Positions 48,354 through 59,028 of a stretch of 64,000 bases of DNA are shown in pieces. Location of the stretch: positions 96,500 through 160,499 of the forward strand of contig JBMYOQ010000001.1 in NCBI GenBank assembly GCA_049599475.1. The letters run 5' to 3'. The position numbers and the translations under genes are program-made. This stretch comes from Opitutales bacterium. Lineage in GTDB: Bacteria; Verrucomicrobiota; Verrucomicrobiia; Opitutales; JABSRG01. The stretch's first letter is position 1. Each line of letters opens with the position of its first letter. The notes below the pieces were generated by a model. The model saw only the letters and a program-made list of their open reading frames with translations. It did not search any database and was not told the DNA's origin.

Positions 48354-48893
48354 ATGAGCCGTATTGGTAAAGTACCCGTAATCATCCCTGAAAAGGTAAA
48401 GGCAACTGTTGATGGCCAGTCTATCTCAGTTGAGGGCCCTAAGGGAAAAATCGAAAAGTCTTTCGACAAAGCCGTCACTATCGTAGTGGAGGAGAACAAG
48501 GTCGTTGTCAGCAAGGCGGTAGAGAACCGTTTCGCGAATGCAATGACTGGCACCGCACGTTCCATCATCAATGGTATGGTGCAAGGTGTGACACAGGGTT
48601 TCGTCAAGGAACTCGAGATCTCCGGTGTTGGATTTAAGGCTGAGCTCAAGGGAGCAGATACACTCGACCTCTCTCTCGGTTATTCACACAACATCATCTA
48701 CAAGATTCCTGAGGGTATCAAAGTGACTCTCAAGTCATCGACTGATCTTGTAGTAGAAGGCATCGACAAGCACATGGTTGGCCAGGTCGCTGCGTCAATT
48801 AAGTCATTCGCTCCTGCAGAACCCTACAAGGGCAAGGGCGTCAAAATTAAGGGTGAATTCGTTCGCCGTAAGGAAGGTAAGAAAACCTCTTAA
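48354..48893 (+). CDS. rplF: 50S ribosomal protein L6
   Basis: MSRIGK, EPYKGKG. Confidence 0.99.
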   Translation: MSRIGKVPVIIPEKVKATVDGQSISVEGPKGKIEKSFDKAVTIVVEENKVVVSKAVENRFANAMTGTARSIINGMVQGVTQGFVKELEISGVGFKAELKGADTLDLSLGYSHNIIYKIPEGIKVTLKSSTDLVVEGIDKHMVGQVAASIKSFAPAEPYKGKGVKIKGEFVRRKEGKKTS

Positions 48894-48915
48894 CCGCTGA
48901 AGAGCACGTCATCCC

Positions 48916-49266
48916 ATGAAACTTGCGCATAAAAAACAACTTCTTCAGAAACGCCGCTGGCGCATCCGCAAAAAGGTAAAGGGCACTGCTGAGCGCCCAC
49001 GCCTTACCGTGCGTTTCACAAACAAACACATCCACGTCCAAGTCATCGACGACACTGTAGGCAACACCAAGGCCGCCGTTAGCTCCATTGGTAACGACAG
49101 CATCAAGGGAAATGTCGCAGGCGCCGAAGCTATGGGCAAAGCTATCGCTGAAAAGGCTGCGGAAGCAGGCATCACTTCAGTCGTATTCGACCGCGCCGGA
49201 CGCCGTTACCACGGTGTCGTAAAAGCATTCGCAGACGCTGCCCGTGCAGGTGGCCTTAATTTCTAA
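48916..49266 (+). CDS. rplR: 50S ribosomal protein L18
   Basis: GTAERPRL, VFDR...YHG. Confidence 0.99.
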   Translation: MKLAHKKQLLQKRRWRIRKKVKGTAERPRLTVRFTNKHIHVQVIDDTVGNTKAAVSSIGNDSIKGNVAGAEAMGKAIAEKAAEAGITSVVFDRAGRRYHGVVKAFADAARAGGLNF

Positions 49267-49278
49267 TTTTTGATTCCT

Positions 49279-49947
49279 ATGAGCGAGCAGCAAGCAGCAC
49301 CTTCTAGCCAAAAGCCCGGTGGAAATCAACCCGGTGGGAACCAGCGCGGAGGTAACAACCAGCGCGGAGGCAATAACCAGCGCGGAGGCAATAACCAACG
49401 TGGCGGCAATCAGCGTGGTGGCCAGCGCGGTGGAAACCGTCGCGATAACAACGCACCTTCCGAAGAGGAAGCACCAGAGTTCATCGACAAGGTTGTATTC
49501 ATCAACCGTTGTGCGAAAGTAGTGAAGGGTGGACGTCGCTTCTCTTTCTCAGCTCTCGTTGTTTCTGGAGACGGAAAAGGACGTGTTGGCGTAGGATACG
49601 GTAAGGCCAAAGAGGTTCCTGAAGCTATCCGTAAGGGCACCGAGTATGCGCATCGCCGCATGCAAACCATCAATCTTAATGAAGGTGCAGAAACAATCCC
49701 ACACCAAGTATTCGGTATCGCTGATGGAGGTAAGGTTCTCCTTCGCCCAGCCGCTGAAGGTACTGGCGTTATCGCTGGTGGTGGTGTGCGTGCGGTTCTC
49801 GAAGCAGTGGGCATCAAGAATGTTCTTTCCAAGAGCTTGGGATCCAACAATCACCTCGCGATCGTGAATGCAACTCTCGACGGATTGCTTCAGTTGCGCA
49901 CCGGAAAACAAATCAAGGAGCTTCGCGGCGCAGAAGCCGAAGCTTAA
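49279..49947 (+). CDS. rpsE: 30S ribosomal protein S5 with a GGNNQR-repeat N-terminal extension
   Basis: [19 protein letters not shown]. Confidence 0.98.
   Translation: MSEQQAAPSSQKPGGNQPGGNQRGGNNQRGGNNQRGGNNQRGGNQRGGQRGGNRRDNNAPSEEEAPEFIDKVVFINRCAKVVKGGRRFSFSALVVSGDGKGRVGVGYGKAKEVPEAIRKGTEYAHRRMQTINLNEGAETIPHQVFGIADGGKVLLRPAAEGTGVIAGGGVRAVLEAVGIKNVLSKSLGSNNHLAIVNATLDGLLQLRTGKQIKELRGAEAEA
49318..49443 (+). repeat. Coding tandem repeat (12-18 bp units, GG(N)NQR) in rpsE
   Basis: aaccagcgcggagg(t/c)aa(c/t) x3 plus degenerate copies. Confidence 0.85.
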
Positions 49948-49981
49948 TTCTCTAATCATAACTCTTTAATTATTTAAACCC

Positions 49982-50428
49982 ATGAGACTCCATACGCTTA
50001 ATGCAGCTGAAGGCTCGAACCGTCGCAAACTCCGCGTCGGTCGTGGCGAAGGTAATGGTCGCGGCAAGACATGTGGTCGTGGTCACAAGGGGCAGCGCTC
50101 ACGCGCAGGTTCTAGCCAGCGTCCCGGTTTTGAAAGTGGTCACATCCCTCTTTACCGTCGTCTGCCACACCGTGGCTTCAACAACTACAATTTCGAAACC
50201 ACATATGCTGTGGTGAATTTGGAGGACCTCGAACGTGTCGAGGAAACTGTCATTACTGTCGACGTTTTGAAGTCTGCCGGACTTGTTCGCAGTAACGCCA
50301 AGCTCGTGAAAATCCTCGGTGATGGTGAATTCAGTAGCAAGGTGAAGATCTTTGCACACAAGTTCTCCAAGACTGCGAAGGCCAAAATCGAGGCCGCCGG
50401 TGGCGAGGCAAACGTGCTTGAGGCATAA
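49982..50428 (+). CDS. rplO: 50S ribosomal protein L15
   Basis: GRGHKGQRSR, GFESGHIPLYRRLP. Confidence 0.99.
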   Translation: MRLHTLNAAEGSNRRKLRVGRGEGNGRGKTCGRGHKGQRSRAGSSQRPGFESGHIPLYRRLPHRGFNNYNFETTYAVVNLEDLERVEETVITVDVLKSAGLVRSNAKLVKILGDGEFSSKVKIFAHKFSKTAKAKIEAAGGEANVLEA

Positions 50429-50444
50429 TCCTTCTTGTTTTTTC

Positions 50445-50474
50445 AAGCCGGTGTATTTAGATCACCGGCTTTTT
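50445..50474 (+). terminator. Terminator-like hairpin between rplO and secY
   Basis: aagccggtg-tatttagat-caccggctt followed by ttt. Confidence 0.6.
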
Positions 50475-50496
50475 GATTTTACCTGATCCACCCGAA

Positions 50497-52008
50497 ATGC
50501 TTTCAGCTTTTACCAATAGCCTTAAAATCCCTGAACTGCGCAAGCGTATCATCCTTACGATATCGCTGCTTTTCATTGCGCGTGTTGGGGCGAATATTCC
50601 TCTACCTGGAATCGATCCGAGTGTTATCAAAGATTTCTTTGAGTCCCAGGAAAATGCAGGTGGGGGCGTTGTAGGTCTATACAATATGTTCACTGGGGGA
50701 GCTCTGCTCAACGGTGCTATATTCGCTTTGGGCATTATGCCATATATCAGTGCATCGATTATTATGCAGCTGATGGGTGCTGTATTCCCGGCTATAGCGC
50801 GTCTCCAGCAAGAGGGTGATATCGGCCGTCAGAAGATCAATCAATATACGCGCTACCTGACTTTGGGTATTTGTGTTATCCAAGGTCTTCTTCTCATTTT
50901 TGCGTTGGCCCTGAATCCAGGCACATTAATCCCTGGTTTCTCAATCGCTCAGCATGGCGAGATCGTAAAGATGCCGCTCTTCTGGTTTGCGATTACCGGG
51001 ACGCTCTTCCTGAGCTGTGGTGCGATGATCATGGTCTGGCTCGGAGAGCAAATCACACAATCAGGTGTGGGTAATGGTGTATCTCTCTTGATCACCGTAG
51101 GTATTTTGGCCGACCTTCCAAAGGCGGTTGCTACTTTGGTGGGTATGTTCAACCCAGTCATCGGTGTTGAGAATCAGACTACACTCTCGGTTCCAGTCGG
51201 TGTTCTCCTGGTAGCCCTTCTCTTTGTGGTCACTGCGGCCCTGGTCGCGATCACTCAAGCCCAGCGCAAGATTGGTGTTCAATACGCAAAGCGTGTAGTT
51301 GGACGTAAGGTCTATGGAGGTCAGAGCTCATTCCTTCCCCTGAAAGTAAATTACGCGGGGGTCATGCCAGTTATTTTCGCATCAGCGCTTTTGATGTTCC
51401 CTGCACAGATTCTGAGCTATCTCGGAGGTGCAACGAGCATTACATTTTTTAACAAAATGGCTAACTCGATTGGCCATGGTCAGCCTGCATACTACCTGAT
51501 CTTCGGATCCATGATTTTCATCTTCAGTTACTTCTGGGTGTCGATCATGTTCCGCCCAATCCAGATTGCAGATGACCTCAAGAAATATGGCGGTTACGTT
51601 CCAGGTGTGCGTCCTGGTGAGCCGACTGCGAAGTTCCTCGACTTCGTAATGACCCGTTTGACTTTCTTCGGAGCCTTCTCGCTTACCGTGATTGCTCTGT
51701 TCCCAGACCTGATGCTGGTTCTGCTGAAAATCCCTTACTCCGTTGCGATTTTCTTCGGTGGCACCGGGATGCTCATCACTGTCGGTGTTGTTCTCGACAC
51801 CATGCGCCAAATAGAGACCTATCTCCTGCAACGTCACTATGATGGTTTCTTGAAAAAGAACCGTTCAGGCGGGCGTGCCGCTTCGCGCACTAAGCAGCTG
51901 ATGAACACATCAGACCTCAAAGAGTCTTGGAACCTTTGGAAACCTTTCATTTTCATTGCTGGAGGACTCTTGGTTCTAGGCCTCCTCCTCTGGTTCCCGA
52001 ATCAATAA
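50497..52008 (+). CDS. secY: Preprotein translocase subunit SecY
   Basis: FALGIMPYISASII, GNGVSLLI, PGVRPG, GGTGMLI; start at MLSAF. Confidence 0.98.
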   Translation: MLSAFTNSLKIPELRKRIILTISLLFIARVGANIPLPGIDPSVIKDFFESQENAGGGVVGLYNMFTGGALLNGAIFALGIMPYISASIIMQLMGAVFPAIARLQQEGDIGRQKINQYTRYLTLGICVIQGLLLIFALALNPGTLIPGFSIAQHGEIVKMPLFWFAITGTLFLSCGAMIMVWLGEQITQSGVGNGVSLLITVGILADLPKAVATLVGMFNPVIGVENQTTLSVPVGVLLVALLFVVTAALVAITQAQRKIGVQYAKRVVGRKVYGGQSSFLPLKVNYAGVMPVIFASALLMFPAQILSYLGGATSITFFNKMANSIGHGQPAYYLIFGSMIFIFSYFWVSIMFRPIQIADDLKKYGGYVPGVRPGEPTAKFLDFVMTRLTFFGAFSLTVIALFPDLMLVLLKIPYSVAIFFGGTGMLITVGVVLDTMRQIETYLLQRHYDGFLKKNRSGGRAASRTKQLMNTSDLKESWNLWKPFIFIAGGLLVLGLLLWFPNQ

Positions 52009-52117
52009 TTTTTCCTAACAACATTTCTTAGCCTGCAGATATTGCATTGACGGTGGAGGGCTTGCTGATCGCATCTGATCTCTTTGAGATCTCCCTCCTG
52101 CGTCGTTTCCACCCATA

Positions 52118-52888
52118 ATGATTCCGATCAAGACACAGGACGAAATTTCGATCATGCGCAAAGTATGCTCCATGGCCGCGACCGCTTTGGCGCGAATGGC
52201 GCAGGATGTTGCTGTGGGCGTGACGACCTATGATTTGGATCAGGCTGGCCGTAAATACATGAAGGAGCTGGGCTGTAAGAGTGCCTGCTTCAATTACAAG
52301 GTAGGCAGCAATATTTATCCAGCCCACACCTGTCTTTCTGTGAACGAAGAGATCGTTCATGGAATCGGGTCTTTGAAGCGCCGTCTTCAAGAAGGGGATG
52401 TGATTACTCTAGACGTCTGTGCTCAATACAAGGGCTACGTAGGAGATAATGCAAAAACTGTGATTGTCGGAAAACCTCGAAATGAACGCGATGCGTTCTT
52501 GGTAGAGCACACTCAAAAGGCTCTGCACGAGGGTATTCAAGCAGCAGTCCCGGGAGGGCGTGTAGGAGATATTTCCAACACGATTCAAAGATATTTAGAC
52601 CGTCAAGAACTCGGAATTATTCGTGATTTTGTCGGCCATGGAGTGGGGGCTTCGATGCATGAGCCACCACAGATTCCAAATTTTGGGCGTCGTAAAACCG
52701 GCCCCAAGCTGAGAGCAGGGATGACATTGGCTATTGAGCCGATGGTCAGCCTGGGCAGCCCTCAGACCAAAATGCTCGACGACGGCTGGACGGCCGTCAC
52801 ACGCGATGGTTCTACCGCCGCGCACTTCGAACACACCGTGCTCATAACAGATTCCGGGCCGGAAATTCTCACAGTGCCAAATTTGTAA
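52118..52888 (+). CDS. map: Methionine aminopeptidase
   Basis: SVNEEIVHG, GHGVG..MHEPP, AIEPM, AHFEHT. Confidence 0.97.
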   Translation: MIPIKTQDEISIMRKVCSMAATALARMAQDVAVGVTTYDLDQAGRKYMKELGCKSACFNYKVGSNIYPAHTCLSVNEEIVHGIGSLKRRLQEGDVITLDVCAQYKGYVGDNAKTVIVGKPRNERDAFLVEHTQKALHEGIQAAVPGGRVGDISNTIQRYLDRQELGIIRDFVGHGVGASMHEPPQIPNFGRRKTGPKLRAGMTLAIEPMVSLGSPQTKMLDDGWTAVTRDGSTAAHFEHTVLITDSGPEILTVPNL

Positions 52889-52966
52889 TAAAAAAGCTTT
52901 TCAATCTAAACAATAAGTGTATTTTCGGCAGTTTCTCTAAATTCGCCATTTAGCCAAATTTAAACC

Positions 52967-53341
52967 ATGCCACGTCTTTTAGGAGTTGATATCCCTGCAA
53001 ATAAGAAGCTGAGCTACGCATTGCGTTACGTCTACGGCATCGGTCCGACACGTGCGGATTTTGTAGTTAAAGAATCAGGATTTGATCCAGACCTTCGCGC
53101 TCGCGAATTGTCGGAAGAGCAAGTTAACCAGCTTGCCAACATCATTTTGGAAAGCGGTTACGTCGTCGAAGGTGATCTTCGCCGCGATGTAGCGTCAAAT
53201 GTGAAGCGTCTTATGGCGATCCGTTGTCACCGGGGTCTGCGCCATCAGCGTGGCCTTCCTGTTCGTGGCCAACGCACCAAGACAAATGCACGCACACGCA
53301 AGGGTGGACGCCGTTCAGTCGGTGTCGTCCGCAAAAAGTAA
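52967..53341 (+). CDS. rpsM: 30S ribosomal protein S13
   Basis: YGIG, GLPVRGQRTKTNARTRKG. Confidence 0.99.
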   Translation: MPRLLGVDIPANKKLSYALRYVYGIGPTRADFVVKESGFDPDLRARELSEEQVNQLANIILESGYVVEGDLRRDVASNVKRLMAIRCHRGLRHQRGLPVRGQRTKTNARTRKGGRRSVGVVRKK

Positions 53342-53363
53342 TTTTTAAACATTAGGATTTCAG

Positions 53364-53867
53364 ATGAGCGAAACAGAAGAGCCTAAAGAGGAAGAAGTCG
53401 TCGATTCAGCCGCGGCTACCGAGGTGGAGGAAGCTCCAAAGAAGAAGGAAGAAACTGCAGAGGATCTCCTTCGCGAAGACCTTGGTGATCTCAAGATCCG
53501 TAAGGCAAAGGGCAGTAAGAACATCACTAACGGTATCGTGAATGTTCTCGCAACTTTCAATAACACTAAGGTCACTTTCTGTGATCAAAAGGGTAACGTC
53601 ATTTCATGGTCAAGCGCTGGTAAGATGGGCTTCCGTGGATCACGTAAGTCTACAGCATATGCGGCTCAAGTCGTGACACAAGATGCTGGCAAAGTTGCTC
53701 TTTCTCACGGCCTTAAGGAAGTGGAAGTAAAGGTAAAGGGCCCAGGAATGGGACGTGACTCCGCTGTCCGTGCTGTTCAGTCACTCGGATTGACTGTTAC
53801 TGCGATCATCGACGTGACTCCTGTTCCACACAATGGCTGCCGTCCACCAAAGCGTCGCCGCGTATAA
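53364..53867 (+). CDS. rpsK: 30S ribosomal protein S11 (acidic N-terminal extension)
   Basis: [24 protein letters not shown]. Confidence 0.99.
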   Translation: MSETEEPKEEEVVDSAAATEVEEAPKKKEETAEDLLREDLGDLKIRKAKGSKNITNGIVNVLATFNNTKVTFCDQKGNVISWSSAGKMGFRGSRKSTAYAAQVVTQDAGKVALSHGLKEVEVKVKGPGMGRDSAVRAVQSLGLTVTAIIDVTPVPHNGCRPPKRRRV

Positions 53868-53903
53868 TCCAAGAGCTGTATAACACTTTAGAATTTCTTA
53901 ATT

Positions 53904-54512
53904 ATGGCACGCTACACTGGTCCACAGACACGCATGAACCGCAAGTTTGGCATGGCGGTATTCCCAGCCAACAAAGCGTTCGAACGCCGTCCATACCTTC
54001 CTGGCCAACATGGTCCCCGTCTTCGCCGTAAGATGAGCGAGTATGCTCTCGGTCTTAACGAGAAGCAGAAGCTCCGCTTCATGTATGGTCTTACCGAGAA
54101 GCAATTCCGCCTCACTTTCGCTAAGGCGAAAAACTTGCGCGGCGTTACAGGTGACTTGTTTGTTCAGTTGCTAGAGACTCGTTTGGACAATGTTGTCTAC
54201 CGTCTCGGCCTCGCTCGCACACGCCGCGCTTCACGCCAATTCGTGACTCACGGTCATATCACAGTGAACGGTCAAAAGGTCGATATCCCTAGCTACGAAG
54301 TAAAGCCAGGTGATGAGATCAGCGTTCGCGAGCGCAGCTCTAGCCGTCAGCTAGCAACACGCAATGTTGAAGATGCGGCATACCGCACTCCACCAGCATG
54401 GTTGACCATGGTTACTGACCAGCTCAAAGGTCAAATGGCTCGCTTGCCCAGCCCAGAAGAAATGGAAACAGGCACCAACGTACAGTTAATCGTTGAGTTC
54501 TACAGCCGCTAA
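53904..54512 (+). CDS. rpsD: 30S ribosomal protein S4
   Basis: MARYTGP, EKQKLR, LETRLDNVVYR, IVEFYSR. Confidence 0.99.
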   Translation: MARYTGPQTRMNRKFGMAVFPANKAFERRPYLPGQHGPRLRRKMSEYALGLNEKQKLRFMYGLTEKQFRLTFAKAKNLRGVTGDLFVQLLETRLDNVVYRLGLARTRRASRQFVTHGHITVNGQKVDIPSYEVKPGDEISVRERSSSRQLATRNVEDAAYRTPPAWLTMVTDQLKGQMARLPSPEEMETGTNVQLIVEFYSR

Positions 54513-54571
54513 ATTGTTTCTATTGTCTTTCATAGAATTTCACTCATTCAACCGCCCATTATCTGCGAAGC

Positions 54572-55570
54572 ATGCCTAAGCGCCTCGGAAAATTTGAACT
54601 CCCAAATCGTCTTTTAAAGGTAGAAGAAACTTCTACTGACACCTACGCAAAGTTCGTAGCAGAGCCATTTGAGACAGGATATGGTCACACCATCGGAAAT
54701 GCTCTCCGTCGTGTGCTCCTGAGCTCAATCGAAGGAGCGGCGATCACCTCAGTGAAAATTGACGGTGTCGACCACGAGTTCCAAAGCATGGAAGGGGTTA
54801 TTGAAGATGTTACCGACATCATCTTGAACCTGAAGAAAGTGCTTCTGGTTTCCCACAAGCGTGAGCCTGTGAAGCTTTTAATTGATGTTGAAAAGACTGG
54901 CGAAGTCACTGCAGGTGACATCCAGGCTGATTCAAACATCGAGGTTGTAAACCCAGAGCAAGTGATTTGCACACTGGATACACCGCGTCGTTTCCTCGCT
55001 GAAATCGAAGTCTCTACCGGTCGTGGCTACTGCCCAGCTGAAGAGAACAAGAGCGAAGAGCAGCCAATCGGTGTGATCGCGATCGATTCACTTTTCAGCC
55101 CAGTTCGTCTGGTAAAGTATGAAGTCGAAAACACCCGTGTGGGTCAAATGACTGATTACAACAAGCTCATCCTCGAAGTCTGGACCGACGGTCGTATTTC
55201 AGCGGACGATGCTGTGAAGCAATCTGCTGCGATCCTCATGCATCACTTGGAAGTCTTCGAGCAAGTAAGCGACGAAGAGATCGAGTTCGAGAGCGAAGGT
55301 AAGGAAATCAGCGAAGAGCAAAACCGCCTCCGCAAGCTCCTGAACATGAGCGTGAACGAAATCGAACTTTCTGTTCGTGCAGCGAACTGCTTGAACAACG
55401 CGAACATCACCACTGTAGGTGAACTCGCGATGAAGTCTGAGCAAGAAATGCTCAAATACCGCAACTTTGGTAAGAAGTCACTCAACGAGATCAAGGCGAA
55501 GCTCGAGCAGCTCGGTCTCTCTTTGGGTATGAAAATCGACGAGCGCCTGCTCGACCGTCCATTAGACTAA
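54572..55570 (+). CDS. rpoA: RNA polymerase alpha subunit
   Basis: [32 protein letters not shown]. Confidence 0.99.
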   Translation: MPKRLGKFELPNRLLKVEETSTDTYAKFVAEPFETGYGHTIGNALRRVLLSSIEGAAITSVKIDGVDHEFQSMEGVIEDVTDIILNLKKVLLVSHKREPVKLLIDVEKTGEVTAGDIQADSNIEVVNPEQVICTLDTPRRFLAEIEVSTGRGYCPAEENKSEEQPIGVIAIDSLFSPVRLVKYEVENTRVGQMTDYNKLILEVWTDGRISADDAVKQSAAILMHHLEVFEQVSDEEIEFESEGKEISEEQNRLRKLLNMSVNEIELSVRAANCLNNANITTVGELAMKSEQEMLKYRNFGKKSLNEIKAKLEQLGLSLGMKIDERLLDRPLD

Positions 55571-55621
55571 TCTATCCATCATCCGGATTCTCCCGGTATA
55601 TAAAATTATTCATCTGTAGCC

Positions 55622-56167
55622 ATGCGCCACGCAAAACATAAGCACACTTTAGGAGTTACCTCTCCGCACAGAGCTGCCATGCTCTCGAACCTTGCGGTAG
55701 CTCTCTTCACACACAACCGCATCAAGACTACGCTTGCTAAGGCACGTGCGCTTCGCCCATTCGCAGAAAAAGTCATCACACTGGCTAAGAAGGCGAAGAA
55801 CGCAGAAGCGAAGGATGCTCTTCACTACAAACGTGTCGCACTGACTCGCGTTCGCGACGAAGCAGCAGTTGAGCTTCTCTTCGGCGAGAAGGTAGAAGAG
55901 TTCCTCAACCGCGCTGGTGGATACACACGTATCTACAAGCTCGTAAAGCGTAAGGGTGACGGCGCTGATATGGCGATCATCGAGCTAGTAAATGCCGATG
56001 ACGCGGGCTACTCGAAGCCCAAGAAGAAATCAGCTGCTAAGGAGGCGGCTCCCGCTGAAGAGGCTGTTGAGGCAGAAGCCGTAGAGGTCGCCGCAGAACC
56101 TGCTGCTGAAGCGGAAGAAGCGGAAGAAGCGGAAGCCCCAGCTGAGGAAGAAGCTCCAAAGGCTTAA
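55622..56167 (+). CDS. rplQ: 50S ribosomal protein L17 (Ala/Glu-rich C-terminal tail)
   Basis: MRH, IKTTLAKA, GGYTRI. Confidence 0.98.
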   Translation: MRHAKHKHTLGVTSPHRAAMLSNLAVALFTHNRIKTTLAKARALRPFAEKVITLAKKAKNAEAKDALHYKRVALTRVRDEAAVELLFGEKVEEFLNRAGGYTRIYKLVKRKGDGADMAIIELVNADDAGYSKPKKKSAAKEAAPAEEAVEAEAVEVAAEPAAEAEEAEEAEAPAEEEAPKA

Positions 56168-56187
56168 GCGAAACTTCACATCATTTC

Positions 56188-56224
56188 AAAGACCCGGACG
56201 CTTTTTAGCTACCGGGTCTTTTTT
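56188..56224 (+). terminator. Intrinsic terminator ending the alpha operon
   Basis: aaagacccgg...ccgggtcttt followed by a T run. Confidence 0.8.
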
Positions 56225-56312
56225 ATTTCACATCAATTAAAATCACAAATGGACTTGAGAAAACGCGAAATCAGAACACTTCTGAGCGCTTCGTGCGAAT
56301 CGATACCCATGG

Positions 56313-56570
56313 GTGATTTTTGTTAACTTGCTTAACTCGGTACGCGTGTTCATCGAAATTTTCATAGCCGTCATCCTTTGCATTTGGATTGCTGCGATTT
56401 TCGGTGCCGAGATCATGCGCTATCGACAACGCGACGCCGAAGACGGCAAACAGCGGGATGTGCTTATTTACCACTGTGTGCGCTGTGGTCATCTGTATGG
56501 GGCTCATGGTCCCAAGGATGAGGATGGTTGTCCGCAATGTGGCAAACGGAACGTTTCACTCAAATTCTAA
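56313..56570 (+). CDS. Small membrane-anchored zinc-ribbon protein
   Basis: N-terminal TM, then CVRCG...CPQCG; start uncertain. Confidence 0.7.
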   Translation: MIFVNLLNSVRVFIEIFIAVILCIWIAAIFGAEIMRYRQRDAEDGKQRDVLIYHCVRCGHLYGAHGPKDEDGCPQCGKRNVSLKF

Positions 56571-56661
56571 ATTATAAACACCGCGGATAGGCTATTCTGT
56601 CCTTGTTATCTATTCACCCCATAGTAAATTTTCAGCTTCCTTAAAAACTGTTCATACCGAT

Positions 56662-58209
56662 ATGCACCAAGTTATTGCCGTCCTAGATTTTGGCTCCCAA
56701 TACACGCAAGTGATTGCGCGTCGAATCCGCGAGTGCAAGGTCTACTCACGTATCTATCCTTACAATACACCTGCATCACAGCTTAAAAAAGATGGTGTTG
56801 TCGGTATCATTTGCTCCGGAGGTCCCTCCAGTGTTTTGTCCAAAGGCGCACCGCTTCCAGATAAGCGAATCTATAAACTCGGTGTTCCTGTATTGGGCAT
56901 TTGTTATGGTATCCAGCTTATGGGCCACTTACTGGGCGGTAAAGTGGCGACCAGTGAGCACCGTGAATTCGGACATGGCGTTCTGACTATCAAGAAAAAG
57001 GGGAAGCTCTTCTCAAAGGTTCCCAAGAAGATCACTGTATGGAATTCCCACGGTGATCGCCTGATTAATTTACCCGAAGGCTTTGAGCCGATTGGCACCA
57101 CTGAGAATTCAGAATTTGCGGCGATCCAAAATGTCGAAAAGCAATTTTATGGAATCCAGTTCCACCCAGAAGTACACCATTCGGAATTCGGTAAGGAGAT
57201 TGTTGAGAATTTCCTCGTCCGCGTGTGTGGGTGTAAAGGTGACTGGTCAGTCGCGAATTTCATAGACGAATCGATTGAGGAAATACGGAAGACAGTCGGA
57301 AACGAAGGCGTCATCCTCGGACTTAGTGGGGGTGTAGATTCTTCAGTAGCAGCGGCATTATTACACCGTGCAATCGGAAAACAGCTGACCTGTGTGTTCG
57401 TCGACAATGGCCTCTTGCGCCAAGATGAGCGCCAGCAGGTGAAAAAGCTATATGCCGATCACTTCGATTTGGATGTCCGTGTTGTAAACGCATCTAAGCT
57501 TTTCTTAGACCGTCTAAAAGGGGTTACCGATCCAGAGCGGAAGCGCAAAATTATCGGTAAGGTGTTTGTTGAAGTCTTCGATAAGGCTGTGAAAGACCTC
57601 AAGCACAAGCGCTCCTATTCCTTCCTCGGACAGGGCACCTTGTATCCCGATATCATCGAGAGTATTCCGATTGGTGGAAACCCTGCCGCTCTCATCAAGA
57701 GCCACCACAATGTCGGAGGCCTTCCAAAGCGTATGAAGCTCAAGGTGATCGAGCCTCTGAATCAGCTCTTTAAAGATGAAGTTCGTGAGTTGGGCACCCA
57801 GCTCGGGCTCCCTAAGGAAGTTGTTTGGCGCCAGCCATTCCCAGGGCCGGGTCTTGCAGTCCGTCACCTTGGATCGGTCTCAAAGAAGACTCTCGATGTC
57901 TTGCGCAAAGCCGATCAAATCCTGCATGAGGAGATGATGCGCACCGGACTGTATTATGAGCTCTGGCAAACATTTTGTGTCTTCCTTCCGGTTCGCACTG
58001 TCGGTGTGATGGGGGATGAGCGCACATATGATAATGTGATAGCAATTCGAGCGGTAGAGAGTGTGGATGCAATGACTGCCGACTGGGCACGGATTCCTTA
58101 TGATGTCCTGCGAATCATCTCAAATCGTATCATCAATGAGGTAAAAGGGGTGAACCGAGTTGTTCTCGACATCAGCTCCAAGCCGCCTTCGACCATTGAG
58201 TGGGAGTAA
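56662..58209 (+). CDS. guaA: GMP synthase (glutamine-hydrolysing)
   Basis: [41 protein letters not shown]. Confidence 0.98.
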   Translation: MHQVIAVLDFGSQYTQVIARRIRECKVYSRIYPYNTPASQLKKDGVVGIICSGGPSSVLSKGAPLPDKRIYKLGVPVLGICYGIQLMGHLLGGKVATSEHREFGHGVLTIKKKGKLFSKVPKKITVWNSHGDRLINLPEGFEPIGTTENSEFAAIQNVEKQFYGIQFHPEVHHSEFGKEIVENFLVRVCGCKGDWSVANFIDESIEEIRKTVGNEGVILGLSGGVDSSVAAALLHRAIGKQLTCVFVDNGLLRQDERQQVKKLYADHFDLDVRVVNASKLFLDRLKGVTDPERKRKIIGKVFVEVFDKAVKDLKHKRSYSFLGQGTLYPDIIESIPIGGNPAALIKSHHNVGGLPKRMKLKVIEPLNQLFKDEVRELGTQLGLPKEVVWRQPFPGPGLAVRHLGSVSKKTLDVLRKADQILHEEMMRTGLYYELWQTFCVFLPVRTVGVMGDERTYDNVIAIRAVESVDAMTADWARIPYDVLRIISNRIINEVKGVNRVVLDISSKPPSTIEWE

Positions 58210-58291
58210 GTCGATCGGCTTTTCGGTTGAATCGAACCCTCTTCGGATCTAGTTCTAGGAACAATTCAGCTTATCGCTGGACAATATTTCT

Positions 58292-59017
58292 GTGCAAATA
58301 TCTAGGCTTAGCGTTTGGACCATATTGATCTCAGCGATTTGCTGGCAGATACTGCCTGCGATGGATGCGGAATCCGCCTTCAACGCGGCTCGTCGTTCGA
58401 TGGGGCCGGAGTCGGCTCTGAATCGCGTAAAGAGTCTGCATTTCGAAGGTTATGTCGTAGCAGAAGATAGTGGCTCGCGAGCGAAGTTGGAAATCGTCTT
58501 TGCCAAACCACATCTTTCGTGGATGAAGGTGAGCCGGGAAAATATCGTTGAGAACATGGTGGCCAACAAATTTGAGGGCTTCATGCGGAAGCATGACCTG
58601 AGCAATGGTGATACGAAGACATCGGTACTCCCAGCCAGAGTCGCCTCACGCATGAATAATCTAGCGTGGATGAATCTCCATTTCTTCGCGCATCCGCAGA
58701 AGAGATTTGGAAAGGCGAAGAGTCAGGGATTTGTCAAAGTCGATGGTAGACTGTGCCACAAGGTGCGCCTGCAGTTTCCTTCAGATCTGTGGACCGATCT
58801 CTATTTCGACAAAGAATCAGGGTCTCCCCTTGCATCACAGGATGATAATGGCCTGAGACGGGTGTTGTCGGGGCAAATTGTCTCGGGAGGCATTCGCTTC
58901 CCGAAAGAGATAACGATCTTTGAGCCTGGAAAAGAGACTCGGCGTCTGGTTTTCGAAAAAATCGCAGTGAATCAGGCTGTTGATCCGAGAATATTTGAGT
59001 TTCCGACAGATTCCTGA
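58292..59017 (+). CDS. Exported LolA-fold / lipoprotein-sorting-like protein
   Basis: Signal-like N-terminus, LYFDKESG, GIRFP, C-terminal VN..VD..IF.FP pattern. Confidence 0.55.
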   Translation: MQISRLSVWTILISAICWQILPAMDAESAFNAARRSMGPESALNRVKSLHFEGYVVAEDSGSRAKLEIVFAKPHLSWMKVSRENIVENMVANKFEGFMRKHDLSNGDTKTSVLPARVASRMNNLAWMNLHFFAHPQKRFGKAKSQGFVKVDGRLCHKVRLQFPSDLWTDLYFDKESGSPLASQDDNGLRRVLSGQIVSGGIRFPKEITIFEPGKETRRLVFEKIAVNQAVDPRIFEFPTDS

Positions 59018-59028
59018 ATCGTATCTCA

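Noticed and set aside
49318..49443. CRISPR-like array
   Set aside because: In-frame coding repeat without spacers; no cas genes
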